NCBI GenBank assembly: GCA_963803435.1 | Contig: CAWDML010000003.1 | Span: 256,001 to 320,000 of the forward strand | DNA length: 64,000 nucleotides | Direction: 5' to 3' | Source of the DNA: an uncultured delta proteobacterium | Lineage (GTDB): Bacteria > Myxococcota > Kuafuiibacteriia > Kuafuiibacteriales > Kuafuiibacteriaceae | Part shown: one piece after another, positions 50,099-59,269 of the stretch | Layout of the letters: every line of letters begins with the position of its first letter | Position numbering within the stretch: position 1 is the first letter of the stretch | Made by a program: the position numbers and the translations under genes | The notes under the pieces: generated by a model | The model's input: the letters and a program-made list of their open reading frames with translations, nothing else | Told to the model about the DNA's origin: nothing | The model's database searches: none

Positions 50099-51187
50099 AT
50101 GGGGGGCGTGCGGACCTCGCTGCTGGCCGCGCTCGTGCTCTGCGGGTGCCTGGAGAAGATCGGGGTTGGGGATCCGGATGCCGCCGGGGCGCCGCAGGAC
50201 GCGTCAGACGTGCGTGATGGTGCGGAGGCGGACGATGCCGCGCGTCCCGGCGACGCGGGGGAGGACGCCGGTACGCCGCCCAAGGTACCGCTTCGCTTCG
50301 GGACGATGACGCTCCCGGCGGGCACGATCGCCGTCACCACGATCTGGGGTCGCTCGGCGTCGGAGCTGTACACCGGGACGACGAACGGAAACGTGCTCGC
50401 GTTCGCTCCAAGTGCGGGCTGGCAGGTGGTCTGGCACGAGCCCAGCAACTTCGGGATCCAGCGCATCCGGGGGACGGCGCAGACGATCTTCGTGGCGAGT
50501 GATCACACGCTCTACGTGCATGCGCCGGGGATCGGGCAGAACGTCCGCTCGTTTCCGGTCGGCACCGCGATCCACGACCTGCTGGTGGTCTCCGACACCG
50601 AGGCCTACCTGGTCTCGGACCAGCAGAACGGCCGCGCCGTGTTCCGCTTCGACGGCACCGCGGTGGCGGTGATGAACGATCAGCTCGACGCCGCCACGCT
50701 GCTCGGCGTGTACCGCGACGCCGGCGGCACGCTCTTCATCGCGGCGAACGGCAAGATCTTCCGCTACCAGAGCGATACCTGGACCCAGGATCCGATCGCG
50801 TGGCCGCCCGGGTTCGGAGTCGCCGACATCGCGAACTTCGATCTGTACGCGATCACCCGCGTGGGGCCCGATCTGCTGGTGGTGGGCGACGAGCACCACG
50901 TCCTCCGCTTCGAGCCGGACGCGGGCGAGTGGCGGTTCGTCTACGAGCCGATGTCGGGCGCGTACCTGGCCGCGATCGGCGCGCTCTCGGGCGGAGAGGC
51001 CTACGCGGTCGGACGTGCGGGCGCGGACGGTCCGGTGGTGCGCTACGCCGCGGGCGTCTTCAGCCATCCGACCTATCCGGAGAACCACAACTTCCTCGAT
51101 CTCTTCGTCGCGGGTCCGGACGAGATCTTCGCGGCGGGCGTCGTGGGGAGCACGCTCGAGCCGGTGATCATGCGAGGGTTCCGCTGA
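50099..51187 (+). CDS. Lipoprotein with beta-propeller-like repeats
   Basis: LCGC lipobox, DAG linker, IWGRSASELY / LFVAGPDEIFAAG repeats. Confidence 0.7.
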   Translation: MGGVRTSLLAALVLCGCLEKIGVGDPDAAGAPQDASDVRDGAEADDAARPGDAGEDAGTPPKVPLRFGTMTLPAGTIAVTTIWGRSASELYTGTTNGNVLAFAPSAGWQVVWHEPSNFGIQRIRGTAQTIFVASDHTLYVHAPGIGQNVRSFPVGTAIHDLLVVSDTEAYLVSDQQNGRAVFRFDGTAVAVMNDQLDAATLLGVYRDAGGTLFIAANGKIFRYQSDTWTQDPIAWPPGFGVADIANFDLYAITRVGPDLLVVGDEHHVLRFEPDAGEWRFVYEPMSGAYLAAIGALSGGEAYAVGRAGADGPVVRYAAGVFSHPTYPENHNFLDLFVAGPDEIFAAGVVGSTLEPVIMRGFR

Positions 51188-51298
51188 TGACGTTTTGGAC
51201 CACGCGGGGCTAGGAGCGTGTAGCGCGTAGCGCTACCGCGAGCCCGGTCCGGGTCCCGGTCCCGGTCCGGGTCCCGATCTGAAGATGGCTGCCTTGAG

Positions 51299-51500
51299 TC
51301 AGACGCTCGCGACGGTCGCGAGCTTCGATCGGTAGAGCTTGAGCAGGTTGTGGGTGAGGCAGACGAGCGTCCCCTCGGCTCGTACCTTGAAGAAGGAGCG
51401 TAGCGAGAACCGGCGGAATCCTCGTGCCCCTTTGATCTGTCCGAGCGCCGGTTCGACGATACTCTTCGTGCGGGGGTAGACCGCCTTGCCGTCGGCGCGT
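51299..51500 (-). pseudogene. IS1182-like DDE transposase C-terminal fragment
   Basis: GKAVYPRTKSIVEPALGQIKGARGFRRFSLR..KVRAE..LVCLTHNLLKL. Confidence 0.75.
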
Positions 51501-51668
51501 TTGCAACTTGTCTCGCATTCGCTTGCGAGCGAGCGAGGCAGGTCGCCACGAAACCATGGGATCAAGTCCAGGCGTCGAAGTCGATCCGCCCAACGATCGA
51601 TTCCAGACGAAACGACCTCCAAGAACTTCTGCTGGTCAAAGTGGACGAGCTACCGCAAGCTAGCTTGC

Positions 51669-52037
51669 ATGGTCACTTTCGATCACGAGAAGCTCGAGGT
51701 CTACCAGCTCGCCGTCGAGTAGGCCGACATCGCTGAAGAGATCGCACAAGAACTGCAACCCGGTCACGCTCACGTCCACGATCAGCTTCGGCGGGCATCC
51801 GATTCCATCGTGAACAACACCGCCGAGGGCGCCGGAGAGCTCAATCCACCTGAGAAGGCTCGCTCCTACCGGATGGCACTTCGCTCTGGCACCGAAAGCG
51901 CCGCCTCACGCCACACCTGCTCGAGGCGCCGACTCGCCAACGAGCAGCAGGTCCAAGCCGCCAGAGCCAAGCTCAAGCGCGTTGTCGAGATGCTCACGCG
52001 CCTCATCAAGTCGATGAACGCACGCCGGGCTGCATGA
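51669..52037 (+). pseudogene. Four-helix-bundle protein (TIGR02436/23S-IVS-like) with in-frame TAG at 51720
   Basis: FDHEKLEVYQLAVE*..DQLRRASDSIVNNTAEGAG..EKARSYRMALRSGTESAA..VEMLTRL. Confidence 0.8.
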
Positions 52038-52311
52038 TCGCCATCGGGACCGGGACCGGGACCGGGACCCGGACCGGGCTCGCGTGAGCGCTTACGCGCT
52101 ACACGCTCCTAGGAGGCTTGCTCCGACAGAATGGACGACTCTTTGGTGCTTCGGGCGACCGCGGGCTCGCAGTTTCAGGTGCGAGCCGACAGCAAGATCA
52201 GGCCGCAAGCTGCTTGTGAGCTCGCACGCGCGGAAGACCGGCGATCTGCGTCTCATCCGATGCCCTGCTGGCCGTTGCTCCGGCCGCGGGGGAGGGCCAA
52301 CATGCGCCCGT

Positions 52312-54372
52312 ATGATGCTCCTCGCGGTGCTCCTGGTCTCGTCCACTCCCGAGCAGGCGCTGCTCGGCGACGGCGGGGAGAACTATCACGAGACGGTCCG
52401 ATACGACCTGGAGGCGCGCCTCGACCCGAGCGCGAAGACGGTCGCGGGGAAGGGGATCGTGGCCTGGACCAACGAGGGATCGGTGCCGGTGCGCGAGCTG
52501 TGGTGGCACCTCTACCTCAACGCGTTCCGGAACGATCGGTCGACCTTCATGATCGAGTCGAAGGGCAAGCTGCGGGGCGACGCCTTCGAGCGGGGTCACT
52601 GGGGCGCGGTGGAGGTGACCCGCCTTGCGGCCCGCGGCGTGGATCTGCTGCCGCGGCGGACCTTCGAGCATCCGGACGACGACAACGTGGAGGACCGGAC
52701 GGTGATGCGCACGCCGCTGCCGTTTGCGGTCGAGCCAGGAAAAACGGTGGAGCTCGCGATCGAGTTCACCTCGACGCTGCCGAAGGTCTTCGCGCGGAGC
52801 GGCTGGGGCGGGACGTTCTTCATGGTCGGCCAGTGGTTCCCGAAGCTCGGCGTCCTCCAGGAGACCGCGACCAGTACGCCGGCCTGGAACTGCCATCAGT
52901 ACCACGCCACCAGCGAGTTCTTCGCGGACTACGGGCGCTTTCGCGTCGCGATCACGGTGCCGAGCGATCACGTGGTGGGGGCCACCGGAGTCCGGATCAG
53001 CGAGACCAAGAACGCGGACGGCACCACCACCTACGTGCACGAGCAGGATCGCGTGCACGACTTCTCCTTCACCGCCGATCCGCGCTTCATCGAGGAGAAA
53101 CGGACGTTCGATCCCGCGGTGGAGGTGAAGCCTGAGGAGCGGGCCGAGGTGGCGGCGCTCCTCGACCTTCCCGAGGACGCGCTCCAGCTGACGCCGGTCG
53201 AGGTCAAGCTCCTCGTCCAGCCGGAGCACGCGATGTACGCCGATCGCTACTTCCGGGCCGCCTTTCGCGCGCTCGAGTGGTTCGGGCTCTGGTACGGGGC
53301 CTATCCGTACTCGGTGCTCACGATCGTCGACGGGCCCCGCACCGCCCACGGGGCGATGGGGATGGAGTATCCGACGCTGATCACCGGCGGCTCGAGCTGG
53401 CCCTCGCCCGACAGCTCGTCCTCGCCGGAGGCCGTGACGGTGCACGAGTTCGGGCACCAGTACTGGTATGGGCTGGTGGGCTCGAACGAGTTCGAGGAGA
53501 GCTGGCTCGACGAAGGCTTCAACAGCTACTCCACCGGCAAGGTCCTCGATCGGGCGTACGGGCCTTTCACCTTCGCGCCGAAGGTGCTCGGCCTGCCGCT
53601 CCAGCCGTGGTTCTCGAACATGCTGATCGATCAGCTGACCTCGCACCGGGTGGGGACGCTGCTCGATCCCACCGACGATGCGATCGCGCGGCGCGCCTGG
53701 GAATACCGCAGCATCTTGAGCTATGGGATCAACTCGTATCCTCGGCCGGCGCTGGTGCTGCGGCAGCTCGAGAACGAGATCGGGCCCGGGGCCTTCGCCC
53801 GCGCGCTCCGGGCGTATCACCTGCGATGGAGGTACCGGCACCCGACCACCTCGGACTTCATCCGGGAGGTGGAGCGCTCCGCGGGCCGCTCGCTCGACGC
53901 CTTCTTCGAGCCGGCGTTCTACAGCTCGGAGATGTGCGACTACGCTGTCACCGAGCTCACGAGCACCCGCAGGAAGCCGCTCGCCGGGATCGACGACAGC
54001 GGCGGCGAGGTCACCGCGGAGGAGGCCGAGGAGGACGACGAGGACGTCGAGGAGGTCCTCTATGACACCGTCGTCTACGTGGAGCGGAAGGGCGGCGTTG
54101 TCCATCCGGTGACGCTCGAGGTGGCGTTCGACGACGGCAGCACGGCGCGCGCCGAGTGGGACGGCGGGTATCGCTGGCAGCGCTTTCGCTTCACCCGCCC
54201 GTCGCGGGCCGTGTCGGCGCGGCTCCATCCGGACGGAGGGCTCGTCACCGACCTCGACCGCACCGACGACTCCCGGACAGTGGCGGCGAACGCGCTCCCG
54301 GCGGCGTCGTGGGGGGCGCACGTGCTCTATCTGGCCCAGACGATCTGGCAGCTCCTCGGAGGGCTGCTATGA
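52312..54372 (+). CDS. M1 family metallo-aminopeptidase, exported
   Basis: GMEYPTL, HEFGHQYW..E..WLDEG; signal peptide; hydrophobic C-terminus. Confidence 0.9.
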   Translation: MMLLAVLLVSSTPEQALLGDGGENYHETVRYDLEARLDPSAKTVAGKGIVAWTNEGSVPVRELWWHLYLNAFRNDRSTFMIESKGKLRGDAFERGHWGAVEVTRLAARGVDLLPRRTFEHPDDDNVEDRTVMRTPLPFAVEPGKTVELAIEFTSTLPKVFARSGWGGTFFMVGQWFPKLGVLQETATSTPAWNCHQYHATSEFFADYGRFRVAITVPSDHVVGATGVRISETKNADGTTTYVHEQDRVHDFSFTADPRFIEEKRTFDPAVEVKPEERAEVAALLDLPEDALQLTPVEVKLLVQPEHAMYADRYFRAAFRALEWFGLWYGAYPYSVLTIVDGPRTAHGAMGMEYPTLITGGSSWPSPDSSSSPEAVTVHEFGHQYWYGLVGSNEFEESWLDEGFNSYSTGKVLDRAYGPFTFAPKVLGLPLQPWFSNMLIDQLTSHRVGTLLDPTDDAIARRAWEYRSILSYGINSYPRPALVLRQLENEIGPGAFARALRAYHLRWRYRHPTTSDFIREVERSAGRSLDAFFEPAFYSSEMCDYAVTELTSTRRKPLAGIDDSGGEVTAEEAEEDDEDVEEVLYDTVVYVERKGGVVHPVTLEVAFDDGSTARAEWDGGYRWQRFRFTRPSRAVSARLHPDGGLVTDLDRTDDSRTVAANALPAASWGAHVLYLAQTIWQLLGGLL

Positions 54373-55229
54373 GCGCCGCCTGGATCACGAAGGGTGTCCG
54401 TGCCGCGCGCGCGAACCTCGGTCCGGTGACCTGGACGTATCTCGCGTCGCTCCTGTCCGCGCTCCCGCTGGCCCTCGGTGCGGGCGCGATCGTGTTCTCG
54501 AGCTACGGCCACAGCCTGGAGGCGGGGGCGTTCGCTGCTCGGCTGGAGCCGATGCTGATGGCCGAGTTCCTCCGCGCGCGCGGCGAAGCACTGATGGTGT
54601 ACCTGCCGCTGATCGCCGGCGCGATGATCTTCTGGGGCGCGCTCTCCGCGTTTCTGGCCGGAGCGGTGATCATGGCCGTCAGCAGCGAGGAGCCGCCCCG
54701 GACCGGCGAGTTCTTCTCGGGGGGCGGGCGCGTGTTCGGCCGGCTCCTCCGCCTGGTGCTGTTCGGGTTGCCGTTCACCATCGTCGCCGTGGGTGCGGTG
54801 GGTGCCGGCAGCTCGGCGCTCGGCGAGTGGGTGGTCGAGGACTGGGCCTCGGAGAAGGGCGTGCTGGTGGTACGCCTGTTCTACGTGGTGGTGACGATGC
54901 TGGTGCTCGCGTGGGTCAACGGCGCCTACGATCTGATGCGGGTCGAGGCGGTCGCGAAGGGCGAGCACCGTGCACGCTGGGCCTTCTGGCGTGGGCTCAA
55001 GCGCGCCTCGAAGCAGCCGCTGGGGCTGCTCGGTGTCTATCTGCCGTTCACCGGCGCAGCGTTCGCGCTGACGATCTTCGCCTCACTGGTCGACGTACGG
55101 ATCACTCGGACCGGTTGGCTGTGGGTGATCGTCGGGCTGCTGCTACAGCAGGTGATCGCCTTCGCACGCGCATGGATGCGCGTGGCGCTGGCCGCGGCCG
55201 AGGTCGCCTACGTCCGCACCGGACGTTGA
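54369..55229 (+). CDS. Integral membrane protein coupled to the M1 peptidase
   Basis: About 6 hydrophobic helices; ATGA overlap. Confidence 0.75.
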   Translation: MSAAWITKGVRAARANLGPVTWTYLASLLSALPLALGAGAIVFSSYGHSLEAGAFAARLEPMLMAEFLRARGEALMVYLPLIAGAMIFWGALSAFLAGAVIMAVSSEEPPRTGEFFSGGGRVFGRLLRLVLFGLPFTIVAVGAVGAGSSALGEWVVEDWASEKGVLVVRLFYVVVTMLVLAWVNGAYDLMRVEAVAKGEHRARWAFWRGLKRASKQPLGLLGVYLPFTGAAFALTIFASLVDVRITRTGWLWVIVGLLLQQVIAFARAWMRVALAAAEVAYVRTGR

Positions 55230-55269
55230 CCTTGCCAGGGCGGACCCGGATGCGCTTGATTCGCGGAGG

Positions 55270-56334
55270 ATGCACGAGCTCCTCGGACATACCGCCGCCG
55301 ATCTCGCCGAGTTGGCCCGCGGCACGCTGTCCTCAGGCGCCGGGATGGCGCTGAAGATCTGGGAGCGCGCGATCCGCGAGGGTCGCTTCGAGCCGGAGGC
55401 CCTCGGACTCTCCGGTCGATCGGTGGAGGCCTGGCGGTCGTCCTTCTCGCTGGCGTTGCCCCGCGTGGCCCGCCGGGTGGAGGAGCCCTCGGGGTTCGGA
55501 GCGCCGACGATCAAGGTGGCGCTCGCGTTCGCCGACGGGCTCGAGGTCGAGTGCGTGCGCGTCCCCATGGCCAACGATCGCTTCACGCTCTGCGTGTCGA
55601 GCCAGGTCGGGTGCAAGCTGGCGTGCGGTTTCTGCGAGACCGCCAAGATGGGGCTGCTCCGCAACCTGACCGCGGCCGAGATCGTCTCGCAGCTGGTGGT
55701 GGCGCGCGCGGTCCTCGGGTGGGACGTGCGGAACGTCGTGTTCATGGGGATGGGAGAGCCGCTCGACAACGTCGACAACCTCGTCCGGGCCCTCGAGGTG
55801 CTCAACGATCGGCGCGGCCTGGCCTTCGGTCAGCAGCGCCTGACGGTGTGCACCGCGGGGCATGTCGACGGGATCCGCAGGCTCGCCCGGATGGGGTGGA
55901 AGCGGCTCGGGCTCTCGGTGAGCTTGAATGCGGCCCTCGACGAGAAGCGTGATCGCTTGATGCCGGTGAACCGCCGCTGGCCCCTGGCCGAGCTCCAGGC
56001 GGCTCTCGTCGATTACCGACCGCGGCCCTCGTTCCCCTTCCGGATCAGCTACTGTCTGATGCCCGGGCTCAACGACACGCCCGCGGACGCGGCGGCGGTG
56101 ATCGCGTTCGTGGCTCCGCTGCTGCCCTCGATCGTGAACGTGATCCCGTACAACCCGGGGACGCGCCCGCTGGCCCGCGCGCCCGAGCCGGAGGAGGTCG
56201 ACCGCTTCGTGGGATGGATCGAGGCCGGCGGTGTTCCGGTGAAGCGTCGTATCACCAAGGGTCGATCGATGATGGCGGCCTGCGGGCAGCTCGGGAATCT
56301 GACCCTCAGGAAGCACCGCCTGCGGGTGACCTGA
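55270..56334 (+). CDS. rlmN: RlmN/Cfr-family radical SAM methyltransferase
   Basis: CVSSQVGCKLACGFC, VFMGMGEPLDN, NVIPYNP, AACGQL; may be a paralogue. Confidence 0.8.
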   Translation: MHELLGHTAADLAELARGTLSSGAGMALKIWERAIREGRFEPEALGLSGRSVEAWRSSFSLALPRVARRVEEPSGFGAPTIKVALAFADGLEVECVRVPMANDRFTLCVSSQVGCKLACGFCETAKMGLLRNLTAAEIVSQLVVARAVLGWDVRNVVFMGMGEPLDNVDNLVRALEVLNDRRGLAFGQQRLTVCTAGHVDGIRRLARMGWKRLGLSVSLNAALDEKRDRLMPVNRRWPLAELQAALVDYRPRPSFPFRISYCLMPGLNDTPADAAAVIAFVAPLLPSIVNVIPYNPGTRPLARAPEPEEVDRFVGWIEAGGVPVKRRITKGRSMMAACGQLGNLTLRKHRLRVT

Positions 56335-58159
56335 TGACGAGCCTCGCACGCGCCAGCCTGGTCGTCGCTGTGCTGGTCAGCCTGGTCGCATGCTCTACGC
56401 CGCGAAGCCGCGAGCGCCGCGTGGCAGAGACGTACCTGCCGGCGGTGATCGGCCCGCGGGCGAAGGCCGATGGAAAGGCGCGAAAGCTCCAGGTTCGCGT
56501 GTGGGCCGAGGAGGACTTCCAGAGGCTCACGCTCGACTGGCAGGTCCGCTTCTATCACCAGGTCGAGCGCGTCAACGAGGTGCTGCGGGCCGTGCTCGGC
56601 GTCGAGCTCGAGCTGGTGCAGGTGAAGACGTGGCCGAAGCAGGGACGCCTCGACAACCTCGATGCGGCGCTGTTCGATCTCGACGCGCCTCGATCCGGGA
56701 GACGGCGTCGATCTGGTGATCGGGCTGATCACACCGCTGCCGGTGGCCACCGCCGCGCTCCACGAGCTCGGTCGCGCCCAGCTGCTCGGCAAGCACCTGG
56801 TGCTCCGCGGGACCGACGACGCGGAGGAGGCCACCGCGTTCGCGCGGGCGTTCGGGCGGCTCCCGGAGGCGGAGCGCGATCATCTCTACGCAGCGCGACA
56901 GCGCCACAAGGAGGAGGCCCTCCTCCTGCACGAGCTCGCGCATCTCTGGGGCGCGCTCCACGAGGCGATTCCCACCGCGCTGATGCAGCCGGTGTACGAC
57001 TCCCGCGCGTCGGGCTTCTCGCCGGTCGACATCGAGATGATGAAGATCGGCCTCAGGGAGCGGGACTCGCTCGAGAAGCCGGAGATGATCGCGTACCTCG
57101 AGAAGTCGACGTTCGACCGCTGGATCGGCGGCGAGAAGGTCCGCATGCTCGCCCTGCTCACCGGCGATCGAAGGCAGCTCGCGAGGGCGACCGACGCCGA
57201 CGTCGCGGAGTCGAGCACGGACGGCGAGCCTGCCGTGGAGGCGGGGAACGACCCGGTCCGGGACGCGCGCGCGCTGGCGCAACGCGGGGATGACACCGCG
57301 GCGTGGCGCCTGCTCGAGCCGCTCCTCGCGGAACGGCCGGACGACCCCGAGGTCGTCAACCTGGCTTGCGGAAGCACGGCACGCATCGGTACCGCGACCG
57401 CAGCCGAGCCGCTCTGCCGGCGCGCGCTCGAGCTGACCACGGAAGATCCAGGCCCGGCGATCCACCTGGCGATGGTCCTGGTGGAGACGCACCGCGATCC
57501 CGCCGCGGCGTTCGCCGAGTCGGAGCGACGGCTGGCGGCGCTCGGCGACCGCGCGACGCCGGAGGCATGGAGCTTCCTGGCGCAGGTCTATCAGCGTGCG
57601 ATTCTGGGTGAGCGCCGCCGAGCGGGCCGCCGCCAAGGCGGAGGGGACCGAAGCCGCGCTCGAGATCGCGAAGTGGGCCCGACAGATCCGCGGCGACTTC
57701 GGTCTCACCCCGGGGGCGCTCGAGGCGGGCCGGGAGAGCGAGTACGTGAAGAGACGCTCCGCCCTGGGGGAGCTCCTCAAGAAGCATCGGGCGGCGGAGG
57801 CGAAGCAGGCGGCGGCGGAGCTGGCGGCCGACTTCCCCAACATGCCCGGGACCGACGCGGTGGTGTGCTGGCTCGACGTGTCGGGGCACGACCACGCGCG
57901 CGCCGTCGAGGACTGCCGCCGGGCCGTCGAGATCGAGCCCCGCTCGGTCAAGCTCCGGGTGCTGATGGCGTACGCCGCCTTCGGCGCCAAGAAGCCGGCG
58001 CTGGCGATCCCGCACCTCGAGGAGGCGCTCGCGCTGGATCCGCGGCAGAAGGACGTGTGGTCGCTGCTCGAGGCGGCCTACCGGTCGAGCGGTGAGGAAG
58101 AGCGCCTCATCGAGCTCAGAGGACGGTATTTGAAACGCTTCGGGGAGCGGCTGCGCTAG
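56334..58159 (+). CDS. Lipoprotein: zincin metallopeptidase domain + TPR repeats; two frameshifts (~56690, ~57602)
   Basis: LVAC lipobox; HELAHLWGALH..LMQP; TPR helices. Confidence 0.75.
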
Positions 58160-58169
58160 GATTCGCGCC

Positions 58170-59267
58170 GTGGTCCGGGGGACGTTTCCTTCACAGTTGA
58201 TCCAGGAGCTGATCCGCGCCGGCGCGATCGACAGCGGCGTTCCAATCCGGAGCGAGCAGGTGCAGCCGTCGTCCCTCGACCTGACGCTCTCGGACGAGGG
58301 CTACTCGGTCCCGGGCAGCATGCTCCCGCTCGAGGGCGAGCGCGTGCGGGAGCTGGCCGAGCGCTTCCGGCGGCGCCGCCTGGATCTCGCGGGCAAGGAG
58401 ACGCTCGTCCGCGGCGAGGTGTACCTGGTGCGCCTCCGCGAGCGGACCTCGCTCCCGCCGCGCGTGGCCGGCTACGCGAACAACAAGAGCAGCACCGGAC
58501 GCATCGACCTCCAGACCCGTCTCTTGTCCGACTCCAACCCCCGCTACGACAAGGTGCCGCGCGGATACTCGGGAGAGCTCTGGCTCGAGATCATCCCCAA
58601 GAGCTTCGACGTGGTGGTGCGCGAGGGTGACAGCCTCGATCAGATCATCCTGTACGAGGACCGGGAGCTCCTCACGGCCGCTGAGCTCGAGCGCCTGCAG
58701 GAGCGAACGCCGCTCCTCTATACGCCCTCCGACGAGCCGATCCAGAGCAGCGACTCGGGCGCGCTGCTCATGACGCTGGATCTGGATCAGGAGGTCATCG
58801 GCTACCGGGCCAAGAAGAGCTACCGCCCGATCGATCTGGCGGGGGTGGGCCAGCACGATCCGGCCGAGTTCTTCGAGCCGCTCGGCCGACCCAAGGGCGG
58901 AGCGCTGTTCCTCTCCCGCGAGGCGTTCTACATCTTCAGCACCTACGAGCGCGTGCGCGTGCCGCCCGAGCTGGCTGTGGAGATGCTGCCCTACGACACC
59001 AGCGCCGGGGAGTTCAGGGCCCACTACGCCGGCTTCTTCGATCCGGGCTTCGGCTTCGGCGCCGACGGGGAGGTGCTCGGCACGCCCGCGGTGCTGGAGG
59101 TTCGGCCGTACGAGGACGATCCGATCGTCCGGCACCGCCAGCCCGTCTGCAAGATGGCCTACGAGCGCCTGGTCGAGCGGCCCGACAAGCTCTACGGCGT
59201 CGGCGTGCGCAGCCACTACGCCGAGCAGCGCGGTCCGCGGCTGTCCAAGTTCTTCACAGCCGGCTGA
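58170..59267 (+). CDS. dcd: dCTP deaminase (long two-domain type)
   Basis: QVQPSSLDL, NNKSSTGRIDL, GEFRAHYAGFFDPGFG, AVLEVR, LSKFF. Confidence 0.88.
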   Translation: MVRGTFPSQLIQELIRAGAIDSGVPIRSEQVQPSSLDLTLSDEGYSVPGSMLPLEGERVRELAERFRRRRLDLAGKETLVRGEVYLVRLRERTSLPPRVAGYANNKSSTGRIDLQTRLLSDSNPRYDKVPRGYSGELWLEIIPKSFDVVVREGDSLDQIILYEDRELLTAAELERLQERTPLLYTPSDEPIQSSDSGALLMTLDLDQEVIGYRAKKSYRPIDLAGVGQHDPAEFFEPLGRPKGGALFLSREAFYIFSTYERVRVPPELAVEMLPYDTSAGEFRAHYAGFFDPGFGFGADGEVLGTPAVLEVRPYEDDPIVRHRQPVCKMAYERLVERPDKLYGVGVRSHYAEQRGPRLSKFFTAG

Positions 59268-59269
59268 GC

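Larger units (their letters stand above)
51210..52112. mobile_element. Non-autonomous element with ~70-bp terminal inverted repeats, bounded by CTAG
   Basis: 51210-51278 and 52043-52112 are reverse complements with about 4 differences, each containing tandem GGGACC-type hexamers. Confidence 0.8.

Noticed and set aside
51720-51722. Pyrrolysine/stop readthrough at the TAG in the four-helix-bundle gene
   Set aside because: TAG is used as a normal stop elsewhere in the window; a TGG-to-TAG change in a decaying element or a read error is simpler.
51240-52080. CRISPR array or diversity-generating retroelement (Avd-like gene)
   Set aside because: The repeats are tandem hexamers without spacers; no cas genes, reverse transcriptase or TR/VR pair seen in the window.
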